From: a virus
Direction: 5' to 3' (one strand)
Length of the DNA stretch: 64,000 nucleotides
Virus record (IMG/VR): IMGVR_UViG_3300006754_000009
Span: 25,264-89,263 of that record
Positions within the stretch are counted from its first letter, which is position 1; each line of letters opens with the position of its first letter. A model generated the notes under the pieces. That model saw only the letters and a list, made by a program, of their open reading frames with translations, did not search any database and was not told the DNA's origin. Made by a program: the position numbers and the translations under genes. This document shows, piece by piece, positions 49,161-57,825 of the stretch.

Positions 49161-49718
49161 ATGGAACCAAGAGTTAGAAAATACTTATTATTCATGTTTG
49201 GTAATTGGAATACCATTGAAAAGAACTCTAAAATTATGGGGAACATTAAAGATGTTATGGACACCATAGTAAGTCATCATGAGTTTAGTTTCGTTACTGG
49301 AGATAGAGTGATAATTATGTGTATAAAATCACGAATGACCTTTGAAGAAATAGAAGATATATTAAAAGAATTTTTAACTACGGAGGTTACCTCTTTCTTT
49401 TTAATGCCTAAACCAAGAAAATTATCCTATAGGTTAGATAAAAATTTAGAAGACCATCTCTTTAACGGAGGCAATCCGAAGAGACAAACTAATATAAAAC
49501 CAGAAGTCGCGAAACTACTTCAACAACAACTTAAGAATATTGTAGATAATAAATTTAAAAATTTGATAACCGACCTTGACAAACCAGTAAGAAGTCGTAC
49601 AATTAAAAAGAACCTAAGACCCATGACTATAGATAATTTATTAGATAAAATAATAGATGAAGGGTTAGAAAGTCTCACTAAAGCAGAAATGGAATTTTTA
49701 AATAAATACAATAGATAA
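49161..49718 (+). CDS. hypothetical protein with a C-terminal DUF6576-like helix pair
   Basis: IDNLLDKIIDEGLESLTKAEMEFL; TATTTAT at 49150 immediately upstream. Confidence 0.65.
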   Translation: MEPRVRKYLLFMFGNWNTIEKNSKIMGNIKDVMDTIVSHHEFSFVTGDRVIIMCIKSRMTFEEIEDILKEFLTTEVTSFFLMPKPRKLSYRLDKNLEDHLFNGGNPKRQTNIKPEVAKLLQQQLKNIVDNKFKNLITDLDKPVRSRTIKKNLRPMTIDNLLDKIIDEGLESLTKAEMEFLNKYNR

Positions 49719-49728
49719 AACCATATTA

Positions 49729-50079
49729 ATGAAACTAAATACCAAAAAATATAAAGTATCAATCTTTACAGAAACAAGTTGTGACTATTGTACAGAAACG
49801 AAAAAAATTTTAAAAGAGAATAACATCCCTTTTAACGACAAATGTATTACGGTTACATCCCCAGAATTAAAAAAAGAAAACGGGGACACACGTTGGGAGT
49901 ATATTGATGCAGAACGTGAACACCATATGGCGTGGTACACCCCAGTTTTAATTATAGAAGACCTTGACAATAACACCACCTACATACCTACAGTTCAAGA
50001 CAAAAGTAGACATTTAGCGGGCCAAGCAATGGACGGACCTGAAGACCTTATTGGAGTACTCAAACCTTACCTTATTTAA
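49729..50079 (+). CDS. glutaredoxin/NrdH-like redoxin
   Basis: IFTETSCDYCTETKKIL (CxxC) and cis-Pro motif YTPVLII. Confidence 0.8.
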   Translation: MKLNTKKYKVSIFTETSCDYCTETKKILKENNIPFNDKCITVTSPELKKENGDTRWEYIDAEREHHMAWYTPVLIIEDLDNNTTYIPTVQDKSRHLAGQAMDGPEDLIGVLKPYLI

Positions 50080-50092
50080 AAACCCAAAAATA

Positions 50093-50124
50093 TTTGGTTA
50101 ATACAAATTTATTTTTTATTTTTG
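50093..50124 (+). promoter_or_regulatory. canonical Bacteroidota housekeeping promoter (-33 TTTG, 20 nt, -7 TATTTTTG)
   Basis: Exact match to TTTG-N19-21-TAnnTTTG upstream of the sigma gene. Confidence 0.65.
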
Positions 50125-50145
50125 TACCACACAATATAATAAACA

Positions 50146-50185
50146 TGACAAAACGTCAGTTTATATAGTATGGTACACTTATTGT
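50146..50185 (+). promoter_or_regulatory. TGAC-N5-GTCA palindrome plus sigma54-like -24/-12 promoter (TGGTAC-N5-TTGT)
   Basis: tgacaaaacgtca at 50146-50158; tggtacacttattgt at 50171-50185. Confidence 0.55.
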
Positions 50186-50214
50186 AGTATTAATATAATA
50201 AAATAAATAAATAA

Positions 50215-51012
50215 ATGGCAAAGAACACATTCATCAATCAAGCAGAAATCTCTCATTATTTAAAAGATGTGAGAAAAAGAAAAGTATTAACCCCAGCACG
50301 AGAAAAGGAATTAGCAAAAATTATGTTAACCGAAGGTACATCACCTGAAGTTATAGAACAAATTCATTTAGAACTTTTGGAAGGTAATTTACGCTTTGTA
50401 ATAAGTGTAGCAAAAGATTACCAAAATCAAGGAATATCACTATCCGACTTAATCGCCGAAGGTAATTACGGGCTATTAAAAGCAATAAAAAACTTTGACT
50501 GGAACAAAGGTTTTAGGTTTATTTCCTACGCGGTATGGTGGGTAAAACAATCTATATTACAATGTCTAAATGAAAATGCAAGAACTATAAGACTCCCAGT
50601 TAATATAATACAAGAACTACATCGACAAAAAAAACAAGTAGGGCAAGAAATCGAGGAACTAAACACCAAACTCGCTCTTCTACCAACTACGATTAACTAC
50701 GATAGACCAATAAATGAAGAAGGTGATACTTTAATTGACATGATAGTTAATGAAAATGCTGACGACCCAGAAGACTCTTTTAAAGACGAATTTAATTTAA
50801 AAACAGAATTAGTTAAACTAATGTCAGGTCTAGATGATAGAGAAAAAAATATAATTATAGACTATTATGGGTTAAGTGGGACACCTATGACCCTACAAGA
50901 AATTGGGGACGAATTATCCCTAACTAAAGAAAGAGTTAGACAAATTAAAGAAAAAGCCTTAAGAAAATTAAGAAATGATAGCTATCAATTGTTAGAATAC
51001 CTGACTGATTAA
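50215..51012 (+). CDS. rpoD: RNA polymerase sigma-70 factor (RpoD/RpoS family, Bacteroidota sigmaA-like)
   Basis: NLRFVISVAKDYQNQG, DLIAEGNYGL, FRFISYAVWWVKQSI, TIRLP and region 4 TLQEIG...LTKERVRQIKEKALRKLR. Confidence 0.93.
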   Translation: MAKNTFINQAEISHYLKDVRKRKVLTPAREKELAKIMLTEGTSPEVIEQIHLELLEGNLRFVISVAKDYQNQGISLSDLIAEGNYGLLKAIKNFDWNKGFRFISYAVWWVKQSILQCLNENARTIRLPVNIIQELHRQKKQVGQEIEELNTKLALLPTTINYDRPINEEGDTLIDMIVNENADDPEDSFKDEFNLKTELVKLMSGLDDREKNIIIDYYGLSGTPMTLQEIGDELSLTKERVRQIKEKALRKLRNDSYQLLEYLTD

Positions 51013-51019
51013 TATTTAT
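51013..51019 (+). promoter_or_regulatory. TATTTAT putative late promoter
   Basis: 21 nt before ATG 51034. Confidence 0.55.
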
Positions 51020-51033
51020 CAATAAAAGGATAA

Positions 51034-52614
51034 ATGAAAAAAAGACTATTTCCATTACTCATCGCGTTAGCAGCATTAGCGGTATCTGGGTCAGCAGCCT
51101 TCTATTCTGTCTTCGGATTAAGTAAATTATTCGCGGGTGCTTCCACACAAGTAATAATAATGGCTGGTTCACTTGAATTCGCCAAATTAGTGGTAGCATC
51201 ACTACTATATCAATATTGGGGTACCATAAATAAGGTATTAAAGAGCTATCTTATGATAGCATGTTTTGTTCTAATGGTAATCACTAGTGGTGGTATTTAC
51301 GGATTCTTATCTGGAGCATATCAATCGACAGCAACTCAATCAGAACTACTTGACAAATCACTTTTAATTCTTGAACAGAAACAAGTTAGGTTTGAAGAAA
51401 CAAAAGAAGACTTAACAATTGAGAAGACTCAAATAAATAAATCAATTTCAGATTTAAGAGTATCATTATCTAATCCACAGCAAGTATCATGGTTTGATAA
51501 AAATTCTCAAACAGTAATTACATCAACATCTAGCTCGGCAAGAAGAGCATTACAGGCAGAATTAAAAACTTCAATTACAGATAGAGATAATATAAATCTA
51601 AAGTTAGAAGCTGTATTAGATTCTATAGGTAAAACAGATATGGCTTTATTAGAAAAAGAAATATCTAATGAAGACCAAAGAGAATTAGGTCCTCTTAAAT
51701 ATCTAGCCAACACAACAGGATGGCCAATGGATAAGGTTGTTAATTATTTTTTACTTTTAATTATATTTGTATTTGACCCATTAGCAATTGCACTCGTGGT
51801 AGCTGCGAATATGGCATTTGCACAAATAAAGAAAAAAGACCCCGAAGTTATGATGTCAGTCCCAGAAGGAATGGAATTTAATACCCCCTACCCCATTGAA
51901 ACAGAAGAAGTAGAAGATACAGATGAAATGATTATTGAACAAGAAATAATCGACGATGACTACTTTAATGATTTAGAAGCATATATAAAACACACCCAAG
52001 AAGAAGACATAGAAATAGTAACTTACCCTACATTTGTAGAAAAACATTATCCAAGAGAAGAAACTGAAGATATAGTTTCTCCTATAGAGGAGAAAGAAGA
52101 AATGGAAGAATCTAGAGTAATTAAAACAGAGGATGATTTGGATGAAAAAGAACTAGAAGAGTTGAGTACACAAGTGGGAATTCTGGAAAAAGAAATTGAT
52201 GAAGAAGAGAAAGATAAAATAAACCCTACCGAAAAAGACCTTGAAAAATTAGCCGAAGCTCTTAAGATTGTTAATAAGAGTGTAGAACTAGACGAAGAAG
52301 TTCTAGAAGATAAATTAGATTTGGAAGAATTTTCTTTAAAAGAAAATGACAGTGAACAACGAAAACAATTATATGATTTATTGGTGGCAAATGGGTACGA
52401 TAAAGCTTTTCTTAGAAAAAGTGACAGCACCTACCAACCAAACGACACCGAAATAAAGAATAACGAAACCATAGAAGAGGACGAAAGATACAGTGAAGAT
52501 AATGTAGAAGAATATAGATTAACCGACACAACACAAACCTTAATAACTAAAATCACTAATAAAGACATAGCCGATGAGACAAAAACACACCTTAAATACC
52601 GAGGAAGAAAATAA
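51034..52614 (+). CDS. membrane protein with coiled coil and long acidic C-terminal tail
   Basis: Three N-terminal TM segments, coiled coil, LLIIFVFDPLAIALVVA TM segment, E/D-rich tail. Confidence 0.8.
   Translation: MKKRLFPLLIALAALAVSGSAAFYSVFGLSKLFAGASTQVIIMAGSLEFAKLVVASLLYQYWGTINKVLKSYLMIACFVLMVITSGGIYGFLSGAYQSTATQSELLDKSLLILEQKQVRFEETKEDLTIEKTQINKSISDLRVSLSNPQQVSWFDKNSQTVITSTSSSARRALQAELKTSITDRDNINLKLEAVLDSIGKTDMALLEKEISNEDQRELGPLKYLANTTGWPMDKVVNYFLLLIIFVFDPLAIALVVAANMAFAQIKKKDPEVMMSVPEGMEFNTPYPIETEEVEDTDEMIIEQEIIDDDYFNDLEAYIKHTQEEDIEIVTYPTFVEKHYPREETEDIVSPIEEKEEMEESRVIKTEDDLDEKELEELSTQVGILEKEIDEEEKDKINPTEKDLEKLAEALKIVNKSVELDEEVLEDKLDLEEFSLKENDSEQRKQLYDLLVANGYDKAFLRKSDSTYQPNDTEIKNNETIEEDERYSEDNVEEYRLTDTTQTLITKITNKDIADETKTHLKYRGRK
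52357..52419 (+). repeat. 63-nt segment repeated in inverted orientation at 58817-58879
   Basis: 50/63 nt identical by hand alignment; both copies encode QRKQLYDLLV[AS]NGYD[KR]AFLRK. Confidence 0.9.
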
Positions 52615-53128
52615 CCAAATCCTTTTATGTAATACTCATAGACCAGCAAAAGATTTTTTAAGAGGGCTCAAATTAAGAAATAATGGTAAACATAAAAAAA
52701 TACCTAATTATTTTATAGAAAAAGACGGTAATGTACACCATTTGAATAAAAATGACATCACCCCACAATACTTATCTGGTTATTGTGATTCCGGTGTTAC
52801 AGTGATTGCACTAGAAAATTTAGGGTGGCTTAAAAGAAGAAGTAATGACGGTAAGTTTATTGACTGGTTAGGTAATATTTATATTAATAAGGCACACGAG
52901 AAGAAATGGAGAGGTAAATTATTTTGGGACGAATATACAGATAAACAAACTGAATCAACTTCAGAACTTATTAAAAATATCTGTAAAAGAAAGAACATAC
53001 CTAATGAGTTTATAGGCCATAATGTATTAGTTGAAGGTGTTGAAAATTTTAGAGGGATAGTCTCTAGAAGTAACTATAATGAATATTGGACAGATTTAAA
53101 TCCGTCATTTAATTTTGAATTACTATGA
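52574..53128 (+). CDS. N-acetylmuramoyl-L-alanine amidase-2 / PGRP-like fold protein, probably degenerate
   Basis: PNYFIEKDGNVH, VIALENLGWL, YTDKQTESTSELI, WTDLNPSF; the Zn-binding His residues appear replaced. Confidence 0.7.
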   Translation: MRQKHTLNTEEENNQILLCNTHRPAKDFLRGLKLRNNGKHKKIPNYFIEKDGNVHHLNKNDITPQYLSGYCDSGVTVIALENLGWLKRRSNDGKFIDWLGNIYINKAHEKKWRGKLFWDEYTDKQTESTSELIKNICKRKNIPNEFIGHNVLVEGVENFRGIVSRSNYNEYWTDLNPSFNFELL

Positions 53129-53658
53129 AAAGAATAAATAAAATAAAAAATGTGGTTGATTATAATAATCGACAATACGATGAGATGAAATCATTACTAG
53201 ATAAGTCTAGAGTGATATTTGAACAAAGAAAAGAAACAGACACTTTAGATAGAGACATAGAAAAGGTAGAAGAATATGAAGTTTCTAGTGGAAAAATTGT
53301 GGTACATGGATACACTACTCCAGACGTGACACTAACTGACGAAGAAAAAAATACCTACCAAGAAACTATGGACGATTTTATTGAACAAGTTTCAGATTTA
53401 GTAGATTATAACGCATTAAACATATATGAAAATAATGTTGAATGGTCTGGTATGTTAGTTAAATTTGACACAGAATTTTATTACACTGTGGGTGAAAGAA
53501 ATGGTGTTTATTTGAGCGGGACTATGATGAAAGTCGATGAAGAAGCCTTAGAAATGTTAAATAACTTAAAAGATTACTATCAAATATTTTCAGCAAAATG
53601 GGCAAAAGTATTAGCAGAGAGAAAATCTACCAATAAAATGGAAGAAGAAAACGAATAA
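53125..53658 (+). CDS. hypothetical phage protein
   Basis: 177-aa ORF, ATGA overlap with the upstream gene. Confidence 0.7.
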   Translation: MKRINKIKNVVDYNNRQYDEMKSLLDKSRVIFEQRKETDTLDRDIEKVEEYEVSSGKIVVHGYTTPDVTLTDEEKNTYQETMDDFIEQVSDLVDYNALNIYENNVEWSGMLVKFDTEFYYTVGERNGVYLSGTMMKVDEEALEMLNNLKDYYQIFSAKWAKVLAERKSTNKMEEENE

Positions 53659-53659
53659 T

Positions 53660-53977
53660 ATGGAATTTTTAAAAAAGTCATGGAAATGGATAGTGGGGGC
53701 AATAGGATTTTTTATTGGTCTTGTATGGTTTATGAACACAAACTCAAGTAAAAAAGTTAAGAAGATTAAAAAGAATATAAAGAAAAACGAAAAGAAAACA
53801 AAAGAAGTTGATAAGAAAATAGAAAACGTAAAAAAGAAAAAGAAAGTAACAAAGAAAAAAATTGCTGACACAAATGAAGAATTAAAAAAGATTAAAAAGA
53901 AAAAACCTAAAGTAAAAAAGAAATCCGGAAAACAAGCAACTAACGCTCTAAAAAATAGACTTAAAAAAAGAAATTAA
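53660..53977 (+). CDS. N-terminally anchored, extremely Lys-rich coiled-coil protein
   Basis: WIVGAIGFFIGLVWF TM segment followed by a K-rich helix. Confidence 0.7.
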   Translation: MEFLKKSWKWIVGAIGFFIGLVWFMNTNSSKKVKKIKKNIKKNEKKTKEVDKKIENVKKKKKVTKKKIADTNEELKKIKKKKPKVKKKSGKQATNALKNRLKKRN

Positions 53978-53979
53978 TC

Positions 53980-54288
53980 ATGAAAAAAATAAAATTAACC
54001 GAAAAAGATTTAACCGAAATAATACAAAAAGTTGTTAAAGAACAAAGAGACCCAGATGCTGATAGAAATAAATTTCTAGACGCTTATCGTGAAATGAGTT
54101 CTCACATCTTTAATATGTTTTATCATGATAAACAGGATATACGCTCACATGATGGAAGTAAGATAATTTTAGGGTTTAATGAATTACAAAAAGAAATAGA
54201 TAGAGAGATGATGGGAGCTTGTAAAAAATATGAAGAAGCAAAAAGATATTTTAGAGCGTTTAGTGATAAGTGGATTTATAAGGAATAA
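53980..54288 (+). CDS. putative head-internal protein with MKKIKLTE leader
   Basis: MKKIKLTEKDLTEIIQKVVKEQ. Confidence 0.65.
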   Translation: MKKIKLTEKDLTEIIQKVVKEQRDPDADRNKFLDAYREMSSHIFNMFYHDKQDIRSHDGSKIILGFNELQKEIDREMMGACKKYEEAKRYFRAFSDKWIYKE

Positions 54289-54311
54289 TTATACATATAA
54301 TTTAAATATAT

Positions 54312-54632
54312 ATGAAAAAGATTAAATTAACAGAAGACGAATTAACCAAAATAATCAGTAAGGTTATTAAAGAACAAGATGAAAAATGTCCGGGGATGAG
54401 GACGTGGAAAAGTTATGGTTATAAACAAGGTATGGGGAGGTCTTTACAAAAAGCCATAACACCAGCTATAACATTTTATATTACACCTGAACCTACTACA
54501 GCATCCAGGTACTGTAATTATACTCTTTTCTGGCAAGACGGAATGGACCCAATTGATTTAGGTCAAGCAGATTTTTGTTTTAAGATAGCTAAAGCTTATG
54601 AAGATGCATTTAAAATGAAAAGAGCTAAGTAA
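54312..54632 (+). CDS. putative head-internal protein with MKKIKLTE leader
   Basis: MKKIKLTEDELTKIISKVIKEQ; variant TAATTAT at 54286. Confidence 0.65.
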   Translation: MKKIKLTEDELTKIISKVIKEQDEKCPGMRTWKSYGYKQGMGRSLQKAITPAITFYITPEPTTASRYCNYTLFWQDGMDPIDLGQADFCFKIAKAYEDAFKMKRAK

Positions 54633-55006
54633 TGAAAAAATTAATACTAATATTATTATTGCTTACCCCAGTATGGGCCTTTACTCAAACACACACTTTT
54701 ACTGAAAAAGAAGTGGTTGAAATGGACTCACTATTTCAAGTATATGAACAAACTGATAGTCTGCAGAAAATAGAAATTAAGTTATTAAACACACAAATCA
54801 CCAACTACGAAACACTACACATACAAGATAGTCTTCATATAGCTTTCATGGGGGAGAAAACAGACCTACTAAATCAGAGAATAGATTTATATATGGATTT
54901 AACAAAAGAACTTAGACCAAAATGGTACAATAAACCAGTTATACACTTCTTTTTAGGGGCAGCAACAATTGTTACAGCTTCTTGGGTCGTATCTAATGTT
55001 AACTAA
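54632..55006 (+). CDS. secreted coiled-coil protein with signal peptide and C-terminal TM (possible spanin-like lysis component)
   Basis: MKKLILILLLLTPVWAFT|Q signal peptide; C-terminal PKWYNKP + hydrophobic helix. Confidence 0.65.
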   Translation: MKKLILILLLLTPVWAFTQTHTFTEKEVVEMDSLFQVYEQTDSLQKIEIKLLNTQITNYETLHIQDSLHIAFMGEKTDLLNQRIDLYMDLTKELRPKWYNKPVIHFFLGAATIVTASWVVSNVN

Positions 55007-55018
55007 TATTTATAGGTA

Positions 55019-55261
55019 ATGGCATTAACAAAAACAGATAAAGACGAAATAGCAAGAATAGCTAGAAAAGAGATTAAAGACTTTATGACCAAACCCCAAT
55101 TCAAAAAAGAAGTAGAAAAAGTAATTGCTACTGAAATTAAGAAAGGAAGAAATACAAGAGCAGAGATTGTAGATATTGTTAGTAAAGTAATGTTAGAGTT
55201 ATATAAAACTTTCTGGTTTAGACGTAGTATGTGGCAATCAGAAATAAAAAGAGTGAGATAA
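55019..55261 (+). CDS. small basic hypothetical protein
   Basis: 80 aa; TATTTAT at 55007. Confidence 0.7.
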   Translation: MALTKTDKDEIARIARKEIKDFMTKPQFKKEVEKVIATEIKKGRNTRAEIVDIVSKVMLELYKTFWFRRSMWQSEIKRVR

Positions 55262-55950
55262 TGGGACAATTAGAAAACAATTTTAAAAGAGCATTAAGCA
55301 AAGCTATAGAAGGTCCAGACAAACTTATGTATAAAAATTTACTTAAAAACTCATCTTTAGACGAAAGTAACAAGAACCATGATTGTGAAAAAGTTCATGG
55401 AGGAAAATCACACAAAGAATGGGAAGAATCACAAAAAGTAGAAGGTGAGGTGGAAGAAGCTACTACTAGTGCAAGTGCAGGTGCTTTTTCCGCACCGTTA
55501 GGGTACGACCCTAGATTTAGAAAAAAGAAGAAAGAAGAGATGGAAGAAGAGACCACAGCGTCTAGTGCGGGTGCTTATGAGACACCACAAATGTGGGCAA
55601 AAAATGAGAAGAACTGGAGAGGAAAAGCAAAAACACAATGGCCAGGAGGAAAATTTGTTAAGGTAAAAGACAGATGTAAAAAATTCCCTTACTGTAATCA
55701 AGGAGATATAAATGCATTAGACCTTACCGAAAATAGTAAAATTAAAAAAGCGATTAATGAAGTTTGTAAAAAAACAGGAACAAGTAAAAAACATGTTAGA
55801 GAACTAGTAAAAAACGAAATAGAAGAGATTATAAGAAGAAGTATATATAAGTCCCCAATCACCTCTATATTAGGTCCTACAACTAAAATGGATAAACCAA
55901 TAGGTAAAATATATACTATGGGCTCTAATGTTGGTGGAAAATACGAATAA
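55261..55950 (+). CDS. putative head-internal protein with repeated EE[AE]TT...SAGA[FY] motifs
   Basis: ORF 55231-55950; TAATG-coupled ATG at 55261 is the likelier start; VEEATTSASAGAF and MEEETTASSAGAY. Confidence 0.7.
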   Translation: MGQLENNFKRALSKAIEGPDKLMYKNLLKNSSLDESNKNHDCEKVHGGKSHKEWEESQKVEGEVEEATTSASAGAFSAPLGYDPRFRKKKKEEMEEETTASSAGAYETPQMWAKNEKNWRGKAKTQWPGGKFVKVKDRCKKFPYCNQGDINALDLTENSKIKKAINEVCKKTGTSKKHVRELVKNEIEEIIRRSIYKSPITSILGPTTKMDKPIGKIYTMGSNVGGKYE

Positions 55951-55976
55951 ATAGATATTTATAATAAAAAGAAATT

Positions 55977-56903
55977 ATGTCAATATTAGCACAAAGTCCA
56001 GATTTAACAAAAATTATAAAAAAAGCAGTGGATAGAATTGGTGAGAACCATTCTCTATCAAGAGATAACAAAGGTGTAACTATGAGAGCTACAGAGATTG
56101 AAAAAGACAGAAAAGAGTTTAGAAAGACAAAAGTTATTGAAGAGTCTTTAAAAGCTGCGGCAGACGAGATGGCAGAAAAACTAGTATTAGAAAATACAAT
56201 TGATGGGATGATTAAAGATGTTATCCAAGAACAGACTCAGGAGTATCCAAAGAATAAGGAAGAAGAAATAGCCTTAAGTGAATCTACGACTAATGTCATT
56301 AAAAAATTGGTAAACAAAAAATTAAAAAATAAACTTAATGAAGCACAGAAGTCACACCCAGGATATGACACATATGAAAAGGCTGTTAAAAAATCTAAAA
56401 CTGAAAACAATAAAGCGATGAAAGCAACAGCAACAAAGTTTAAGGACTATGGTGACTTTAAAGGTAATACCCACCCAGAATACCCACACCAAGAAGATTC
56501 TAAAACTGACCCAGATAATATAGGATACCAATATTATAGAAATAATGATGATGACCAAGAATTCATTGATGATTTTGCTCATCCAGGACTACTAGATTTT
56601 GATATTAATAATTTAAATATGGAACGACTAACTGATTACTTAGAAGGTTCTTCAGAAACAGGAAATGCTCAAGAAGATGAAGACGGAGAAGCTTTAGGAA
56701 ATGTAGGAAAAAGTGAGTTAGGAAATAAAATGAAAAAGTCAGCTGAACGTAGAAAAGAAAAGATAGCCGCAAATAAAGCTTCTATGAGTAATTTAAGAGG
56801 GTACACACCAGATGTACAAAAAGTTAAACAAGTAAAAGAAGAAGTTAACGTAGATATGGTGAATATGAAAAAATTGTGGAACTATAACAAAAATACACAA
56901 TAA
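55977..56903 (+). CDS. putative head-internal/scaffold-like charged protein
   Basis: Multiple [ILV]-x-E sites (VLEN, VIQEQ, LSES, LNEA); TATTTAT at 55956. Confidence 0.7.
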   Translation: MSILAQSPDLTKIIKKAVDRIGENHSLSRDNKGVTMRATEIEKDRKEFRKTKVIEESLKAAADEMAEKLVLENTIDGMIKDVIQEQTQEYPKNKEEEIALSESTTNVIKKLVNKKLKNKLNEAQKSHPGYDTYEKAVKKSKTENNKAMKATATKFKDYGDFKGNTHPEYPHQEDSKTDPDNIGYQYYRNNDDDQEFIDDFAHPGLLDFDINNLNMERLTDYLEGSSETGNAQEDEDGEALGNVGKSELGNKMKKSAERRKEKIAANKASMSNLRGYTPDVQKVKQVKEEVNVDMVNMKKLWNYNKNTQ

Positions 56904-56953
56904 ATCCCTTTACCTATACCCCTACTACTGACTATATTTATAAAATAAAAGAT

Positions 56954-57427
56954 ATGGAAAGAAGAGGACTATTACCCGAACAATTTTTTAAATATGTAAC
57001 CGCACCCGTAAATCAGGACGACTTGAATATATGGGTTAAAGCTAATAATATTAATACAGAGAAGTTAGAACTTTTTTTCGATTATCTTAATGGACTTTAT
57101 TCTACAGTTATAGAAACCTATTTAGGTGATGATGTAATTAAGGAGGATAAAGAAAGAAAAGAGCATTTTGATTGGTGTTGGAAGAATCTAGTTAAGAATT
57201 TTGAAGAAGAGAATATACGATTTAAGTATTATGGCCACCACTATGAGTATTTTTGGAACTTTTTTTACGAATCTTTTTATATTAATAAAAAAGAGGAAAA
57301 TAAAGAAAAGATAAGTGAATTTCTATTCAAGTTATTTAGTTTACATCTACACAAGACTAAGTCTGAACTTGATATGTTGAGTGAGATTTATTTTATTTTA
57401 GAAGACAACTTGACAGTAGATAAATAA
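56954..57427 (+). CDS. hypothetical phage protein
   Basis: 157 aa; TATTTAT at 56935. Confidence 0.75.
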   Translation: MERRGLLPEQFFKYVTAPVNQDDLNIWVKANNINTEKLELFFDYLNGLYSTVIETYLGDDVIKEDKERKEHFDWCWKNLVKNFEEENIRFKYYGHHYEYFWNFFYESFYINKKEENKEKISEFLFKLFSLHLHKTKSELDMLSEIYFILEDNLTVDK

Positions 57428-57440
57428 TTTATTAACTTTA
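57410..57440 (+). promoter_or_regulatory. sigma70-type promoter TTGACA-17-TAACTTTA
   Basis: ATG 57444 lies 11 nt from the first T of the -10 box. Confidence 0.6.
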
Positions 57441-57443
57441 ACC

Positions 57444-57650
57444 ATGAGAATTATTAATATAATAAACAACGAACTTATAATTCGTAAACAAAAATTAGAA
57501 AATGAACTAGAAAGAGTTTTAAACTCTACCACTATTTCTACAAACGACCAACTACAGAAGTCCGTAGAATTAGTCAATAAATTAAGTGAGGCAAACTCAA
57601 GTTTAGTTACTTGGGAATCTTACATTAGTAAAACACAAACAACAGAATAG
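57444..57650 (+). CDS. small coiled-coil hypothetical protein
   Basis: 68-aa ORF downstream of a promoter. Confidence 0.65.
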   Translation: MRIINIINNELIIRKQKLENELERVLNSTTISTNDQLQKSVELVNKLSEANSSLVTWESYISKTQTTE

Positions 57651-57651
57651 A

Positions 57652-57825
57652 ATGGAAACATTAATGCAAATAGAAAATTTAGTAACTGCTATAAAAGTAG
57701 ACACAGAAAAGTTTTTTGAAAAACACAATAAGAGTGCTGGTATTAGAGCTAGAAAATCATCGCAAGAATTAAAATCAATACTACAACAATTACGAAAAGA
57801 AATATTAGAAGAAAGTAAAAAATAA
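57652..57825 (+). CDS. histone H1-like protein Hc1 family (57 aa, missing from the ORF track)
   Basis: Read by hand: METLMQIENLVTAIKVDTEKFFEKHNKSAGIRARKSSQELKSILQQLRKEILEESKK; carries the NKxAGxRARK signature. Confidence 0.8.
   Translation: METLMQIENLVTAIKVDTEKFFEKHNKSAGIRARKSSQELKSILQQLRKEILEESKK

Noticed and set aside
53740-53977. A-rich low-complexity tract as a non-coding repeat or artefact
   Set aside because: It is an open frame encoding a Lys-rich helix after a TM segment, bounded by normal gene junctions.
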